A DNA stretch of 64,000 bases from an uncultured Gemmatimonadales bacterium (GTDB lineage Bacteria; Gemmatimonadota; Gemmatimonadetes; Gemmatimonadales; Gemmatimonadaceae): positions 96,001 through 160,000 of the forward strand of contig CAWBZV010000004.1 of NCBI GenBank assembly GCA_963793305.1, written 5' to 3'. Shown in pieces: positions 1 to 9,864 of the stretch. Below the pieces are notes generated by a model that was not told the DNA's origin, did no database searches, and was given only the letters and a program-made list of their open reading frames with translations. The first letter of the stretch is position 1. Each line of letters starts with the position of its first letter. The position numbers were made by a program, and so were the translations under genes.

Positions 1-1199
1 GTCACGCCTCGCGTGGCGAACACGCGCGCGACCGCCTCGCCGATCTTGTTGTTCGGCGTGCTCGCCCCGGCGGTGAGCCCCAGGCGCACGGGCCGGTCCA
101 ACGGGAGCCAACCCGGCGTCTCGATCTCGTCATGCGCGCCGGCCGGCCGATGGCGGATGGTCCCCCGCTCCACATCCAGGCAGCTCGCGTCCTCGACGTG
201 ATAGGTCGTGACCGTCTTCGCGCAGATCGCCGCCAGCGACAGCGTGTTGCTCGAGTTGTAGCCGCCGACGACCAGCATCACGTCGAGCGGCTCCTTGAGC
301 AGCGCCTCGACGGCGTCCTGTCGATCCTGCGTCGCGCTGCAAATCGTATCGAACGTCCGAAAATTCGCCGCGCGATGCGCTTCGCCGTGCGCGCGCGCCA
401 TGGCTTGCCCGACTTCCTCGCCAATGGCCAGGGACTCGCGCGCGAGCATCGTGGTCTGATTGGCGACGCCGATCCGCGCCAGGTCGCGATCCGGATCGAA
501 GTTCGGCGAGGCGGCCTTGGCGAAGCGCGTCAGAAACGTCGTCCGATCGCCCCGCCCCTCGATGTAGTCGCAGACGATGCGCGCCTCGGCCATGTCGCGC
601 ACCACGAGATAGTGCCGGTCCTGGTATTTCTCGACCTGCGAGGCCGTGGCGCGGGTCTCTTCGTGATAGTACTTGCCGTGGATCAGCGCCGTATACCCAT
701 CGCGCGCGTAGGTGTCGACCCGTTTCCACACGTTGAGCACGGAGCCGCAGGTCGTGTCGACCATGATCGACCCTTTCTCGCGCAGCGTCTCGAAATCGCG
801 CATCGTGACGCCGAACGCCGGCAGGATGACCACGTCCGGCGCCCCGACACCGCTGAAGTCGAACCCATCGCGACCGGACGCGAGGAACTCGATCCCCATC
901 TCCCGCATCTTCGCGTTCACGTGCGGATTGTGAATGATCTCGCCCGCGAGGAAAATCCGGCGCTCCGGGAATTTCGTGCGCGTCTGATACGCGTATTCGA
1001 CCGCGCGCTCGACGCCGTAGCAGAACCCGAACTCGCGCGCGAGGCGGACCGTGACGCCGCCGGCGCTCAGCTCGTAATCGCGCGCGCGCAAGAGATCGAC
1101 CAACCGACCGGAGTAGTCCGCGGTCAGCGAGTCCTGCACCTCGGACTTGAGCCCGAAGCCCTTACGATAGTACGTGGAGGAGGTCTCGGACGCGGGCAT
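1..1199 (-). CDS. ispH: 4-hydroxy-3-methylbut-2-enyl diphosphate reductase (runs off the left edge)
   Basis: Manual translation from ATG at 1199 gives MPASETSSTYYRKGFG...LAREFGFCYGVERAV...GEIIHNPHVN...VDTTCGSV...FDTICSATQDRQ...VVGGYNSSNT, with the three Fe-S cysteines. It is absent from the ORF track because there is no stop in the window. Confidence 0.95.
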   Translation of the reverse strand, partial: MPASETSSTYYRKGFGLKSEVQDSLTADYSGRLVDLLRARDYELSAGGVTVRLAREFGFCYGVERAVEYAYQTRTKFPERRIFLAGEIIHNPHVNAKMREMGIEFLASGRDGFDFSGVGAPDVVILPAFGVTMRDFETLREKGSIMVDTTCGSVLNVWKRVDTYARDGYTALIHGKYYHEETRATASQVEKYQDRHYLVVRDMAEARIVCDYIEGRGDRTTFLTRFAKAASPNFDPDRDLARIGVANQTTMLARESLAIGEEVGQAMARAHGEAHRAANFRTFDTICSATQDRQDAVEALLKEPLDVMLVVGGYNSSNTLSLAAICAKTVTTYHVEDASCLDVERGTIRHRPAGAHDEIETPGWLPLDRPVRLGLTAGASTPNNKIGEAVARVFATRGV

Positions 1200-1208
1200 G
1201 GCCGAAAT

Positions 1209-1871
1209 CTAGTGCGTGAGGTGCGTGCCCGAGATCTGTGCCGCCGGATCGATAGTCAATAAGCCGTGGCCGCCAGCGACCAACCACTCGACAATGACCT
1301 TGGAGCAGGGATTCGCCGGCACCAAGAGGTTCTGAAGCGGGGTGAGCACGCATGTTCCGCGACTGCTCAACGCCTCGACCCCAACGCCCGCGGTGCTGTC
1401 GACGAGCAATGTCCCGAGCGTGTCCGTGTACAGCGTCAGGGACCTGGCGAGCGTATCGGCCTGCCCGGCCCCGGCCGGCACGAACCGCACTCGCAGGTCG
1501 ACGAACTCGTTCGGCCTGGTGCTTGGGGCCCACGCCGCGAGCCGGTAGCTCGAGTCGGTGATCTTCTTCCCGCCCACGCTGTCGGGGAATGCGTCGACTT
1601 CGGTCAGCACCTCGAAGACCGCCAGCTCGCCCCGCGCCTGGGCCGAGAGCACGGTCGGATTCGCGCCACGGGCGAGGATACTGGCGATATCCTGGTACCA
1701 TCGCAGGCGGACGTCGGCAGGGTTCGACGCCTGGAGCTCACCCGCCAGGGTGTCGAAGTGCAGCGCCAGCGCCGCCGCCGTTGGGGGCGGCGGAGTGCTA
1801 TTGGTCGATTGATCGCTACTACACGCCACGGCGGCCAGTACCCCCGCCGCGAGTACCACCCGGCGCATCAT
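1209..1871 (-). CDS. Hypothetical lipoprotein (LALHFD paralog 3)
   Basis: MMRRVVLAAGVLAAVAC lipobox and ALALHFDTLA motif; ATGA overlap with the upstream paralog. Confidence 0.75.
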   Translation of the reverse strand: MMRRVVLAAGVLAAVACSSDQSTNSTPPPPTAAALALHFDTLAGELQASNPADVRLRWYQDIASILARGANPTVLSAQARGELAVFEVLTEVDAFPDSVGGKKITDSSYRLAAWAPSTRPNEFVDLRVRFVPAGAGQADTLARSLTLYTDTLGTLLVDSTAGVGVEALSSRGTCVLTPLQNLLVPANPCSKVIVEWLVAGGHGLLTIDPAAQISGTHLTH

Positions 1872-2536
1872 CGCTCGGCGACCTGAGTCCCAGCGACAGG
1901 CGCCTCCTTCGCGGCCCCCAGATCCAGCCGAACACCTTGAATCGATTGCACCGGCATCTCGATTCGGCCGCCCCCGGCGAGGCGAACGTTGAGGGCCCAC
2001 TGGAGCGTCTGGTGCACGCACCGGGCGCCTGGCCCGAATGGGTCGGAGTGGAGCGCGGAATACGCGCAACCGCCTCCGAGCGCGGACCGCGTCACGCTCA
2101 CGGCACCCGAGTCGCTCTGCCGAAAACCGGCCGCGCCGGTCGTGTAGGTGACGATTCCGGTCGCCGACCCGCGCATCGCGACGACCCCCAGCACGAATGC
2201 CGACGGGTCCCACCCGTCCCATGCGATGACGACGAACTCCGAATCCCCCGTCGCGGGCCCCACGACACCCTCGTAGGACAGCGCGTCGAACCGTCGGGCC
2301 GCGCCGTCGGCCGTGATGACCACTGGTGTCGGCCTCAGGCCTCGCGAGAGACCGACGGCGACCTCGCGCAGGTAGCCGGCACGCACGGCGTCACCATCCG
2401 CCGTGGCGCGCTCCGCCAGGTTGTCGAAGTGCAGCGCCAGCGCTCCGGTCTTCGGACCCGTGGCCGAGCCCATGCCGCATGCGCTTAAGCCTATAGTCAG
2501 GGTTAGCGCCAAAGCGGGCCGTCCAAACCGGGTCAT
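1868..2536 (-). CDS. Hypothetical lipoprotein (LALHFD paralog 2)
   Basis: MTRFGRPALALTLTIGLSAC lipobox and ALALHFDNLA motif. Confidence 0.75.
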   Translation of the reverse strand: MTRFGRPALALTLTIGLSACGMGSATGPKTGALALHFDNLAERATADGDAVRAGYLREVAVGLSRGLRPTPVVITADGAARRFDALSYEGVVGPATGDSEFVVIAWDGWDPSAFVLGVVAMRGSATGIVTYTTGAAGFRQSDSGAVSVTRSALGGGCAYSALHSDPFGPGARCVHQTLQWALNVRLAGGGRIEMPVQSIQGVRLDLGAAKEAPVAGTQVAER

Positions 2537-2546
2537 CGCACCGAAT

Positions 2547-3275
2547 CTAGTGTACGACAACAACGCCAGGGGAGTAACCCGACGGGAGACTCCACCGCGC
2601 GGACGGGCTGAACCGCAGGCCGAACTGCCAGAGGAGCAGCTCCCGATTGCACATCTGGCCGCTGACGTTGTCGTTCGCGATCGATGACACGGTGACGAAC
2701 GCGCACACCGCGCCAAAGACGCCGAAGTCTCCCTCGATCGATCCGGAGTCCGCCACGGCAACCGTGTTGCCCGCGACCAGCGCGCCGGAAGTCACGGTGT
2801 CCGCCGCGCTCGTGTCCACCAGGTGATTCGCGAGACCCAGGATGGCGAGCTCACTCTGCACTTGCGGCGCGATCCCCGGATCGCCGGTGCGCACGACGAT
2901 CATCGTGTCCGCGTTCGCGCCCCGCCAGCCTACGAAAACGAGGAGAGAGTCCTTGACGCTGTCGGTCTGCGCGGTGGCGTTCACCGCCACGTTCGCCATC
3001 GTCCACGAGACAGTCGTGTAGGTCGCGGTGTCCTTGGCGCCCAATCCGTTCGACAAGATGAGTAACCCGGGGGTCGTTCCGTCGGCGATTGCGCGCAGCG
3101 CCAAATTGAGCGCGGCGACCCGGTTCGCTTGGCTCGAGGCGCTGGCCTGGGCGGACAGCGAGTCGAAATGCAAGGCAAGGGGCGTATCGGGCCCGAGGAC
3201 CTTCGCTGAGTCGTCGTGCAGACATCCGGCGAGAGCACACACCCCGACGACCGCGACCAACCTCATGTGACGCAT
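2547..3275 (-). CDS. Hypothetical lipoprotein (LALHFD paralog 1)
   Basis: MRHMRLVAVVGVCALAGC lipobox and PLALHFDSLS motif; start is 3275 or 3266. Confidence 0.75.
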   Translation of the reverse strand: MRHMRLVAVVGVCALAGCLHDDSAKVLGPDTPLALHFDSLSAQASASSQANRVAALNLALRAIADGTTPGLLILSNGLGAKDTATYTTVSWTMANVAVNATAQTDSVKDSLLVFVGWRGANADTMIVVRTGDPGIAPQVQSELAILGLANHLVDTSAADTVTSGALVAGNTVAVADSGSIEGDFGVFGAVCAFVTVSSIANDNVSGQMCNRELLLWQFGLRFSPSARWSLPSGYSPGVVVVH

Positions 3276-3328
3276 ATAGATAACATAGCCACTATTGACG
3301 TTTGGTGCCCGAGCGTACGTTTCGGCCA

Positions 3329-4315
3329 ATGCGTGAGGCAGAAGGACCGCCCGAGCTGAGCCGGCCCCCGGCGCTGCTCAAGGGCGATACAATCGGCGTC
3401 GTGGCTCCGTCGTACGCGCCCAGACCCGGGTGGTTGTCCCGCGGTGTGAAGGCCCTGGAGCGTGCGGGATACAGCGTGATCCTCGATTCCGAGCTCTCGA
3501 CGCTCCGTCGATTCCAGCGCGCCGAGGACGAGCGGCGCGCTGAAAACTTCATGGGCATGTGGCTGGAACCACGGGTCAAGGCCGTTATCGGCGGCACCGG
3601 GGGATACGGGGCCGTCCGCATGCTGCCGCACTTGGAGCCCGAGATCTTCCGCCTCAACCCCAAGAGCTTCGTCGGCTACTCTGATGTCACGGCCCTGCAC
3701 TTGTGGCTGATGCGTCGCGCCCATCTGCGGGTCTTTCACGGTCCCACTGTCGATGATCTCATACCGAGTACCCGGGATCCCACGATGTCGTCACTTCTCG
3801 CGGCGCTGACGACACCCCGTCCCACGACTCGCATCGGGCGTGATATCGCGCGCGTGGTTCGTCCCGGTCGCGCGGTCGGCCGACTGACCGGTGGCAATTT
3901 GTCGTTGGTGCAACAGTCGATCGGGACGCCGTACGAGATCGACACGCGGGGCGCCATTCTCTTCCTGGAAGAGACGCGGGAGCCCATGTCCGTGGCCGAT
4001 GAGCGATTGGTGCATCTCCGGGCCGCCGGTCTCATGTCACAGGTCCGTGGCGTTGTATTTGGACAGTTATCGCTCGATCGATCCGAAGAAGACGAGTTCG
4101 AGGATTTTCTCACGGATCTCGTATCCGACCTGGACGTGCCGATCATCACGGACTTCCCGTCCGGACACGAGAACCCCAATTTGACGTTGCCACTGGGGAC
4201 GGAGGTCGAGCTGGTCGCCGACGAGCACACGGGTTGGCTCGTGTACAAGGAAGACGCACTGATTGCGCCACCAGCGTTGGTGGGCGCGAACAGCGCCGCG
4301 GCCGCGGCGGACTGA
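3329..4315 (+). CDS. LD-carboxypeptidase (peptidase S66)
   Basis: GDTIGVVAPS, GGYGA, FVGYSDVT (catalytic Ser), GGNLS, LFLEE and SGH motifs. Confidence 0.9.
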   Translation: MREAEGPPELSRPPALLKGDTIGVVAPSYAPRPGWLSRGVKALERAGYSVILDSELSTLRRFQRAEDERRAENFMGMWLEPRVKAVIGGTGGYGAVRMLPHLEPEIFRLNPKSFVGYSDVTALHLWLMRRAHLRVFHGPTVDDLIPSTRDPTMSSLLAALTTPRPTTRIGRDIARVVRPGRAVGRLTGGNLSLVQQSIGTPYEIDTRGAILFLEETREPMSVADERLVHLRAAGLMSQVRGVVFGQLSLDRSEEDEFEDFLTDLVSDLDVPIITDFPSGHENPNLTLPLGTEVELVADEHTGWLVYKEDALIAPPALVGANSAAAAAD

Positions 4316-4331
4316 GGAGACGCACACACGC

Positions 4332-4907
4332 ATGCGCCTGTGGTTGGACTTCGTCAATACCGCGGCCGGTCGAGCCGATGTCCTCGATGACTTCTCGGCG
4401 TTCCTCGCGTGGCTCTCGGCCATGGGCGCGGTCGATGGCGATCGCGTCGGCGGCATTCTGCGGCGGGCCGAGCAGCAGCCTGCGGGGGCGGGCGCGGTGT
4501 TGGCGGATGCCCGTCGTGTGCGGGCGGCCCTCCGGACGCTGGCCGAATGCGGCGCGTACGTCGAACGCGCGCGCATCGAGGCCCTCTCGGAGATCAATCG
4601 CGTCCTCGGCCGCAGCGCCGGCACACGCCGCGTCGATCTCCGGCCCGATGGCCGATTCGTCCGCACGTTCGCGCCCGTCGGCGACGCCTTCGCCGGCCTC
4701 ATGATTCCGGTCGTCGACTCGGCCGGCGACGCGCTCGTGACCGGCGAGCTGACGCGCGTGCGGCGATGCGTCGGCACCCGGTGCACGCGCGTGTTCCTCG
4801 ACGTCACCAAGAACGGGCGCCGCCGGTGGTGCGACATGGCGACGTGCGGGAACCGCGCGAAAGCCGCGCGGCACCGCGAAAGACTTCGGGAAACTCGCGT
4901 AAGCTAG
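4332..4907 (+). CDS. ABATE/CGNR zinc finger protein
   Basis: LDFVNT at the N-terminus; C-x4-C...RRWCDMATCGNRAK. Confidence 0.9.
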   Translation: MRLWLDFVNTAAGRADVLDDFSAFLAWLSAMGAVDGDRVGGILRRAEQQPAGAGAVLADARRVRAALRTLAECGAYVERARIEALSEINRVLGRSAGTRRVDLRPDGRFVRTFAPVGDAFAGLMIPVVDSAGDALVTGELTRVRRCVGTRCTRVFLDVTKNGRRRWCDMATCGNRAKAARHRERLRETRVS

Positions 4908-4994
4908 GCGCAGCCTAGCGTTCCAACCGACCAGCTTCGTGCAGCGCGCTGTTTGCGCTGCCCCGAAGCGTCAGCTAGGCGCCACGAAGTGCGA
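4901..4994 (+). repeat. AACCGACCAG multi-hairpin element, copy A (divergent)
   Basis: GCTAGGC-GCA-GCCTAGC hairpin, then TTCCAACCGACCA, then a GCTTCG...CGAAGC stem. Confidence 0.6.
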
Positions 4995-6143
4995 CTAGCT
5001 GATCGTTTCGACGATATCGATATCGCGGGCCCGCAGCGCCTCGATGTATCGGCGCGCCGGCATGCTTTCGTCCGGCGTGTACACGCCCGGCTGGCCCGCG
5101 GCGTTGCACGCCTGGAACTGACCGGTAATGGACAGCGAGTAGCCCGTCGTGCGCATCATCGCGCTGATGCCACGCGCGGCATCGTAGTAGTCGATCAGCT
5201 CGAACGCGATGCGCTTCGGCGTGCCCTTGGACGAGCCCTCGACCTCGACGCGGAGCGCGACGAGATCCTTACCCTTGGGGCGGGTCAAGTGCGGGCTCAT
5301 CGCGGCCACCGCGACATTGCGCGGGGCGATCTTCGTCCCCTTCACGTTGAGCGGCGCGAGATCCAGGAGGCCGAGATCGCGAATGGCCTCCATAATATGG
5401 GCGTGACCCGGATAGCGAAGGGTCTTGTACTCCATCTTCGGAATCTTCCCCTCGTACCGGAACGCCATCGTCGAGAGACCGCCGGCCGTGTGGAAGGCTT
5501 CCAACTCGCCGACTGGCGCGGGGAACTTGACCGGCTCGATCTCGGACAACGCTTTCACTTGCTGGCGCTTGCTGTCGCGCAGGACCCACGACAGCGTCGT
5601 GTAGTAATCCAGCACGCCTTCCAGCGAGTAGACGATCTGGTAGTTGAGCGGCGGCTCGGGATTCTGCGGGAGTCCGCCGACGAAGATCTTGACCGACTGC
5701 GTGCGGTCGAGCTGCGAGATACCGTGCTGCGCGAGGATGTTCACCATGCCCGGCGCGACGCCGCAGTCGGGAATCACCGTCACGCCCGCATCCTGCGCGC
5801 GCGCGTGCAGCTCTTTTTGCTGGAACACGATCTCGGTGTTTCCGCCGAGGTCGCAGAAATGAACCTTCGATTCGACGGCGAGACGGGCCAGCTCGAAGTT
5901 GAAGTAGTAGGGGATCGCGCTCATCACCGCGTCACCGTGCTGGAAGAACGCACGGACAGCCGTCGCGTCGCGGACGTCGATACGAGTTGGGATCAGCCTG
6001 TTGCCCACGTATGGCGTGAGAAATTCCGGCAGGCGATCGACGTTCAGGTCCGCGAGGCGGACTTCGGTTACATCCGGATTCTGTAAGAGATCATAGGCGC
6101 ACGCGGAACCCTGGAGTCCGGCGCCGAGAACAAGCATTCGCAT
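4995..6143 (-). CDS. Saccharopine dehydrogenase / lysine 6-dehydrogenase family protein
   Basis: VLGAGLQG Rossmann motif, FCDLGG, DCGVAPG and KTLRYPGH. Confidence 0.9.
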   Translation of the reverse strand: MRMLVLGAGLQGSACAYDLLQNPDVTEVRLADLNVDRLPEFLTPYVGNRLIPTRIDVRDATAVRAFFQHGDAVMSAIPYYFNFELARLAVESKVHFCDLGGNTEIVFQQKELHARAQDAGVTVIPDCGVAPGMVNILAQHGISQLDRTQSVKIFVGGLPQNPEPPLNYQIVYSLEGVLDYYTTLSWVLRDSKRQQVKALSEIEPVKFPAPVGELEAFHTAGGLSTMAFRYEGKIPKMEYKTLRYPGHAHIMEAIRDLGLLDLAPLNVKGTKIAPRNVAVAAMSPHLTRPKGKDLVALRVEVEGSSKGTPKRIAFELIDYYDAARGISAMMRTTGYSLSITGQFQACNAAGQPGVYTPDESMPARRYIEALRARDIDIVETIS

Positions 6144-6153
6144 GACGGCAAAT

Positions 6154-7224
6154 TTAGCCGCGCGTCACGCGATAAATCGCCCCCGCGGCATCATCGGACA
6201 CGAGCACGCTCCCGTCGCGGGCGACGATCACGTCGACGGGTCGTCCCCAGCGACTACCGTTGTTTCGCTGCCACCCAGTGATGAAATCGTCGTACCCGAC
6301 TGGCGTCCCACCATCGAGGTGCACGCGCACGACCTTCGCGCCGGTCGGGATGCGGCGATTCCACGATCCGTGAAACGCCACGAGGATGTCGCCGCGATAA
6401 AACGTGAGCCCGAGGGGAGCGGAGTGCGCTTGGAAGCCGAGCACGGGCGGCGTCTCGCGTTGACACCGCACGGGATCGTGGTACTCGGGATTGGGCACAT
6501 GGTTGCCATAGCAGTATGGCCACCCGTAGTCCCCGCCGTCGGTGACGATGTCGAGCCGATCGGGCGGAAGATTTTCGTGATTCGGCTCGATGTTATCGCG
6601 CTCGTTGACGGTCGCCCACAGCGCGCCGGTGGCGGGCGAGATGGCGAGACCCACGGCATTGCGCAATCCGCGCGCGAATACGCGCCCGTGCGATCCGTCG
6701 GTATCGTACCGCATGACGACCGCCCGATCGGAATCCTTTTCAACGCACAGGTTGCAGGATGATCCGATCGAGACATACATCGCACTGTCGGGCGGCCCGC
6801 CGAACACGATGGTGCGCGTCGTGTGGCCACCGCCGCCGGTATAGTGATTGAGCACCGTGCGCGTGCCGCCGGCGATGCGCACGACACCGGTGTGTCCGGC
6901 GATGTAGAGCGCTCCGCCATGGAACGCGAGCCCGTGCGGCCCATCGAGCCCGGACGCGAAAACGATGATGCTGTCCGCGACCCCGCGCCCGGTGTCGACG
7001 AGTCGCAAGACCTGTCCGAGCTCCGGCTCGCTCACGTAGACGGCGCCGTCCGGCCCCACGGCCATGAACCGCGCGTCGGACACGTGCGCGAACGTGGCGA
7101 CCTGAAACCCCGGCGGCGCGTGCAGCTCATCGCCGGGGACTCTCCGGTGTCGCATCGTGACCCACGCACCGAGCAGCGCGGCGGCCGCGGCCACGCCAGC
7201 TACGACGCGCAGGACTCCCCTCAC
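6154..7224 (-). CDS. PQQ-dependent glucose/sorbosone dehydrogenase family protein
   Basis: Signal peptide; GLRNAVG, YGWPYC, AHSAPLG, FHGSWNR and GRPVDV motifs. Confidence 0.9.
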   Translation of the reverse strand: MRGVLRVVAGVAAAAALLGAWVTMRHRRVPGDELHAPPGFQVATFAHVSDARFMAVGPDGAVYVSEPELGQVLRLVDTGRGVADSIIVFASGLDGPHGLAFHGGALYIAGHTGVVRIAGGTRTVLNHYTGGGGHTTRTIVFGGPPDSAMYVSIGSSCNLCVEKDSDRAVVMRYDTDGSHGRVFARGLRNAVGLAISPATGALWATVNERDNIEPNHENLPPDRLDIVTDGGDYGWPYCYGNHVPNPEYHDPVRCQRETPPVLGFQAHSAPLGLTFYRGDILVAFHGSWNRRIPTGAKVVRVHLDGGTPVGYDDFITGWQRNNGSRWGRPVDVIVARDGSVLVSDDAAGAIYRVTRG

Positions 7225-8753
7225 TTCAGGTCACCCGTCCGCGTCTTCGTCCAGACGATGACGGTCGTGCACGACGCCCCCGGCTTCTGGTACTCCGCCG
7301 GTGTATCGACGTTGCTGTAGACCTCGACCGCCTCGACTTCGTTCGGGTGCATGAAGTCATTGATGTCACCAGGCGTCGCTTCCGTATACGGCGTGCCGTC
7401 GATGACATAACTGACGCACCCGTTCCCCGTTGTGCCGCGCGTGCCGGTCAGCACGGGCTGGCCCGATGAGTAGTCGACGCGGATGCCGGGCATGGTCGTG
7501 AAGATGTCCGTCATGTAGGTCGGGATCTTACTCTCGATCTCGTCGCGACCCAGGAAATGGCCGAGGCCCATCTTCTTTCGACGGTCGTAGCCGACCTGCG
7601 CCAGGCCCTTCGCCGCTCCCGTCGCCTCGATCTTGACGGTCGGCAGCGAAGGCGGCGCGACCGGCAGCACCACCCTGGTCGTGCTCGTGGCCCTCGTCGA
7701 CAGGTCGACCGGCTGTGTCGTCGGGGCGTACGCGACCTTGCGAACGAGGAGCGTCTGTGTACCCGAGGGCAGGTTCCGAAGGAAGAAATTGCCGCTGCTG
7801 TCGGTGATGGTCTTGGACGCGGCGCCAATAACGGTCACGTCCGCGCCGGCCAGCGGCCTCTCCGCCGCGTTGATGATCCGACCGGTGAGCATCGCGTGCC
7901 CGGTGCGGAGGCCGACGACTGCCGGCTTGGGCGCCGCGGGCGCCACCTTGGCCGCCGACGCGACGGCCGTCGCCGACGGGAGGGTGTCGATGACCGGGGG
8001 CGGTGGCGCCGTGTCCGGCTTCGCCGTGTGCAGTGTGACCAGCTGAATGGTGTTCTCGCTGAAATTCACGGGAATATCAGCCGTGGATATGCCGCTGAAC
8101 GTGGCGCGCACGGCTGCCTTGGTGCCAACCGGAATGCCACAGATCCGATAGTTGCCGTTGGCGTCGACGATCGATTCGCGTTGGCGCAGGATCGTGTGGA
8201 GACCGATCTCTTTGCCGACCATGATCTGCGACCATGCCAGCGAGACCTTGGCGCCGGTCGACGGTTGGTCGGTGTCCGCATCCCGCACTTGGCCGATAAC
8301 GGCGCCCGGGCCGGTTTTCTGCTTCTCCGGCGGGCAGAACGTGTTGACGATCGTCGTCGCGCTCGGCGTCGCCAGCGCGATCAGCGCGTAGCGGCCGGCG
8401 GGGAACTCGATCTCGTTCGTCGCAATCACCACACCCAGCGAGTCCAGCAGCGGGTGCGACATGTTGAGCTTGTAGTTCCCTGGCGGGATGCTGTCGATTC
8501 GGAATTTCCCCGTCGAGTCCGTCGTGCCTTTGCGGTCCGTGCCGACGAGCGAGACGACGGCTCCAACCAGGGGGCCACCATGGATACTATCGCCAACCAC
8601 TCCCACCGCTCCCGATACCGGCGCGCCGGCGTTCGCCGCTGGCGCCGGGGCGCTCGCGGGTGGTGGCGGCGCAGCGGTGGGTTTGGTTTTCGACGACTGC
8701 GCCTGGACCAGCATCGGCGCGATGATAAGGGCGGTGAGCCAGCGAGACTGCAT
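7221..8753 (-). CDS. Secreted carboxypeptidase-regulatory-like repeat protein with C-terminal TonB plug-like domain
   Basis: Signal peptide; three GxVxD...GAxV...TDxxGxF beta-sandwich repeats; C-terminal IDG...EVEAVEVY...VIVWTK plug motif. Confidence 0.75.
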   Translation of the reverse strand: MQSRWLTALIIAPMLVQAQSSKTKPTAAPPPPASAPAPAANAGAPVSGAVGVVGDSIHGGPLVGAVVSLVGTDRKGTTDSTGKFRIDSIPPGNYKLNMSHPLLDSLGVVIATNEIEFPAGRYALIALATPSATTIVNTFCPPEKQKTGPGAVIGQVRDADTDQPSTGAKVSLAWSQIMVGKEIGLHTILRQRESIVDANGNYRICGIPVGTKAAVRATFSGISTADIPVNFSENTIQLVTLHTAKPDTAPPPPVIDTLPSATAVASAAKVAPAAPKPAVVGLRTGHAMLTGRIINAAERPLAGADVTVIGAASKTITDSSGNFFLRNLPSGTQTLLVRKVAYAPTTQPVDLSTRATSTTRVVLPVAPPSLPTVKIEATGAAKGLAQVGYDRRKKMGLGHFLGRDEIESKIPTYMTDIFTTMPGIRVDYSSGQPVLTGTRGTTGNGCVSYVIDGTPYTEATPGDINDFMHPNEVEAVEVYSNVDTPAEYQKPGASCTTVIVWTKTRTGDLK

Positions 8754-8797
8754 ACCGAATAGTACCGGTTGTGCCGCGATTCGTGAACGCGGGACGA

Positions 8798-9850
8798 TCA
8801 GCCCCCGCCGCCGAACAATCGCATGATCCGCGACGCGCGATTCGGGGTCGTTAGGGCGGCGTCGGCGAAGGCCTCGGCAAACTCCGGAGCCGTGCGGTAC
8901 CGATGCTCCGGGTCCCGCTCCATCCCCTTGAGCAGCACTTTCTCGACGCCAGCCGAGAAGTTGAGCTCGGGCTTGAGGCGCCGGATGGGGATGGGTGCAT
9001 CGCGCAGCCGCGCGATCATGAGCTCCTGCTGGGATTTGCCCTCGAACGGCAACTTGCCGGTGAGCATCTCGTACGTCATGAGCGCGAGCGCATAGACGTC
9101 CGTCCGCCCATCGAGCGGCTTCCCGCGCAACTGCTCGGGACTCATGAACTCGGGTGTCCCGAGCACGATGCCGGTCGCGGTGAGCTTCTCCAGCTCGGCC
9201 CCGGCGCGACGCTCCTTGGCAAGCCCAAAGTCCATGACGACCGCCTTGTCGTCCGCCGTCGCGATGATCACGTTCTCGGGCTTAAGGTCGCGGTGCACGA
9301 TCTTGAGATCGTGCGCGACTTGGAGCGCGGAAGCGATCTGCTGCACGTACTTGACGACCTCCGCCAACGGCAATTTGCCGAGGCGATACGTCTTGTCGGC
9401 TAAGACCTCGCCCTCGATGTACGGCATGACGATGTAGACGAGCCCCTCGGCCGTCTGCCCGAGGCGCTTGATGTGGCAGATGTTCGGGTGCTCGAGCCGC
9501 TGGCCGACATTGGCCTCTCGTCTCAAGCGGGCCATCGACGTCGCGTCGGTCGACAGCGACGGCGACAAGACTTTAATGGCCACCCGCTCGCCGTTCTCCT
9601 TGTCGACGGCGAGGTAGACGAACGACATGCCGCCTTCGCCGAGCTTGGACTCGACCCGGTAGCGGGCGTCGATGGTGCGACCCGAGAGCGTCGCGTACTC
9701 GTGCGGCGCGGCGCCGCCGCGGGCCGAGCCAATGGCGCCCGCGTTGACTATGGCCGCCGCCCCTTTGGGTTGCAGCTTCGTCCCGTCGCGTGTGCAGAAC
9801 TTCGCGGTATCCGCGTAGGTCGCGCCGCAACTGGGACAACGAAGGGACAA
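8798..9850 (-). CDS. Hanks-type Ser/Thr protein kinase with N-terminal zinc ribbon
   Basis: CPSC...FC at the N-terminus; LGEGGMS, VAIK, HRDLKPEN, DFG and GTPEFMSPE motifs. Confidence 0.95.
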   Translation of the reverse strand: MSLRCPSCGATYADTAKFCTRDGTKLQPKGAAAIVNAGAIGSARGGAAPHEYATLSGRTIDARYRVESKLGEGGMSFVYLAVDKENGERVAIKVLSPSLSTDATSMARLRREANVGQRLEHPNICHIKRLGQTAEGLVYIVMPYIEGEVLADKTYRLGKLPLAEVVKYVQQIASALQVAHDLKIVHRDLKPENVIIATADDKAVVMDFGLAKERRAGAELEKLTATGIVLGTPEFMSPEQLRGKPLDGRTDVYALALMTYEMLTGKLPFEGKSQQELMIARLRDAPIPIRRLKPELNFSAGVEKVLLKGMERDPEHRYRTAPEFAEAFADAALTTPNRASRIMRLFGGGG

Positions 9851-9864
9851 TGGGACTCCGGGTG

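Noticed and set aside
132..1262. Long antisense or alternate-frame ORFs (e.g. 132-1262+, 11219-12592+, 36551-38218-, 52277-54286-)
   Set aside because: These are shadow ORFs opposite clear genes, expected at high GC, with no motifs.
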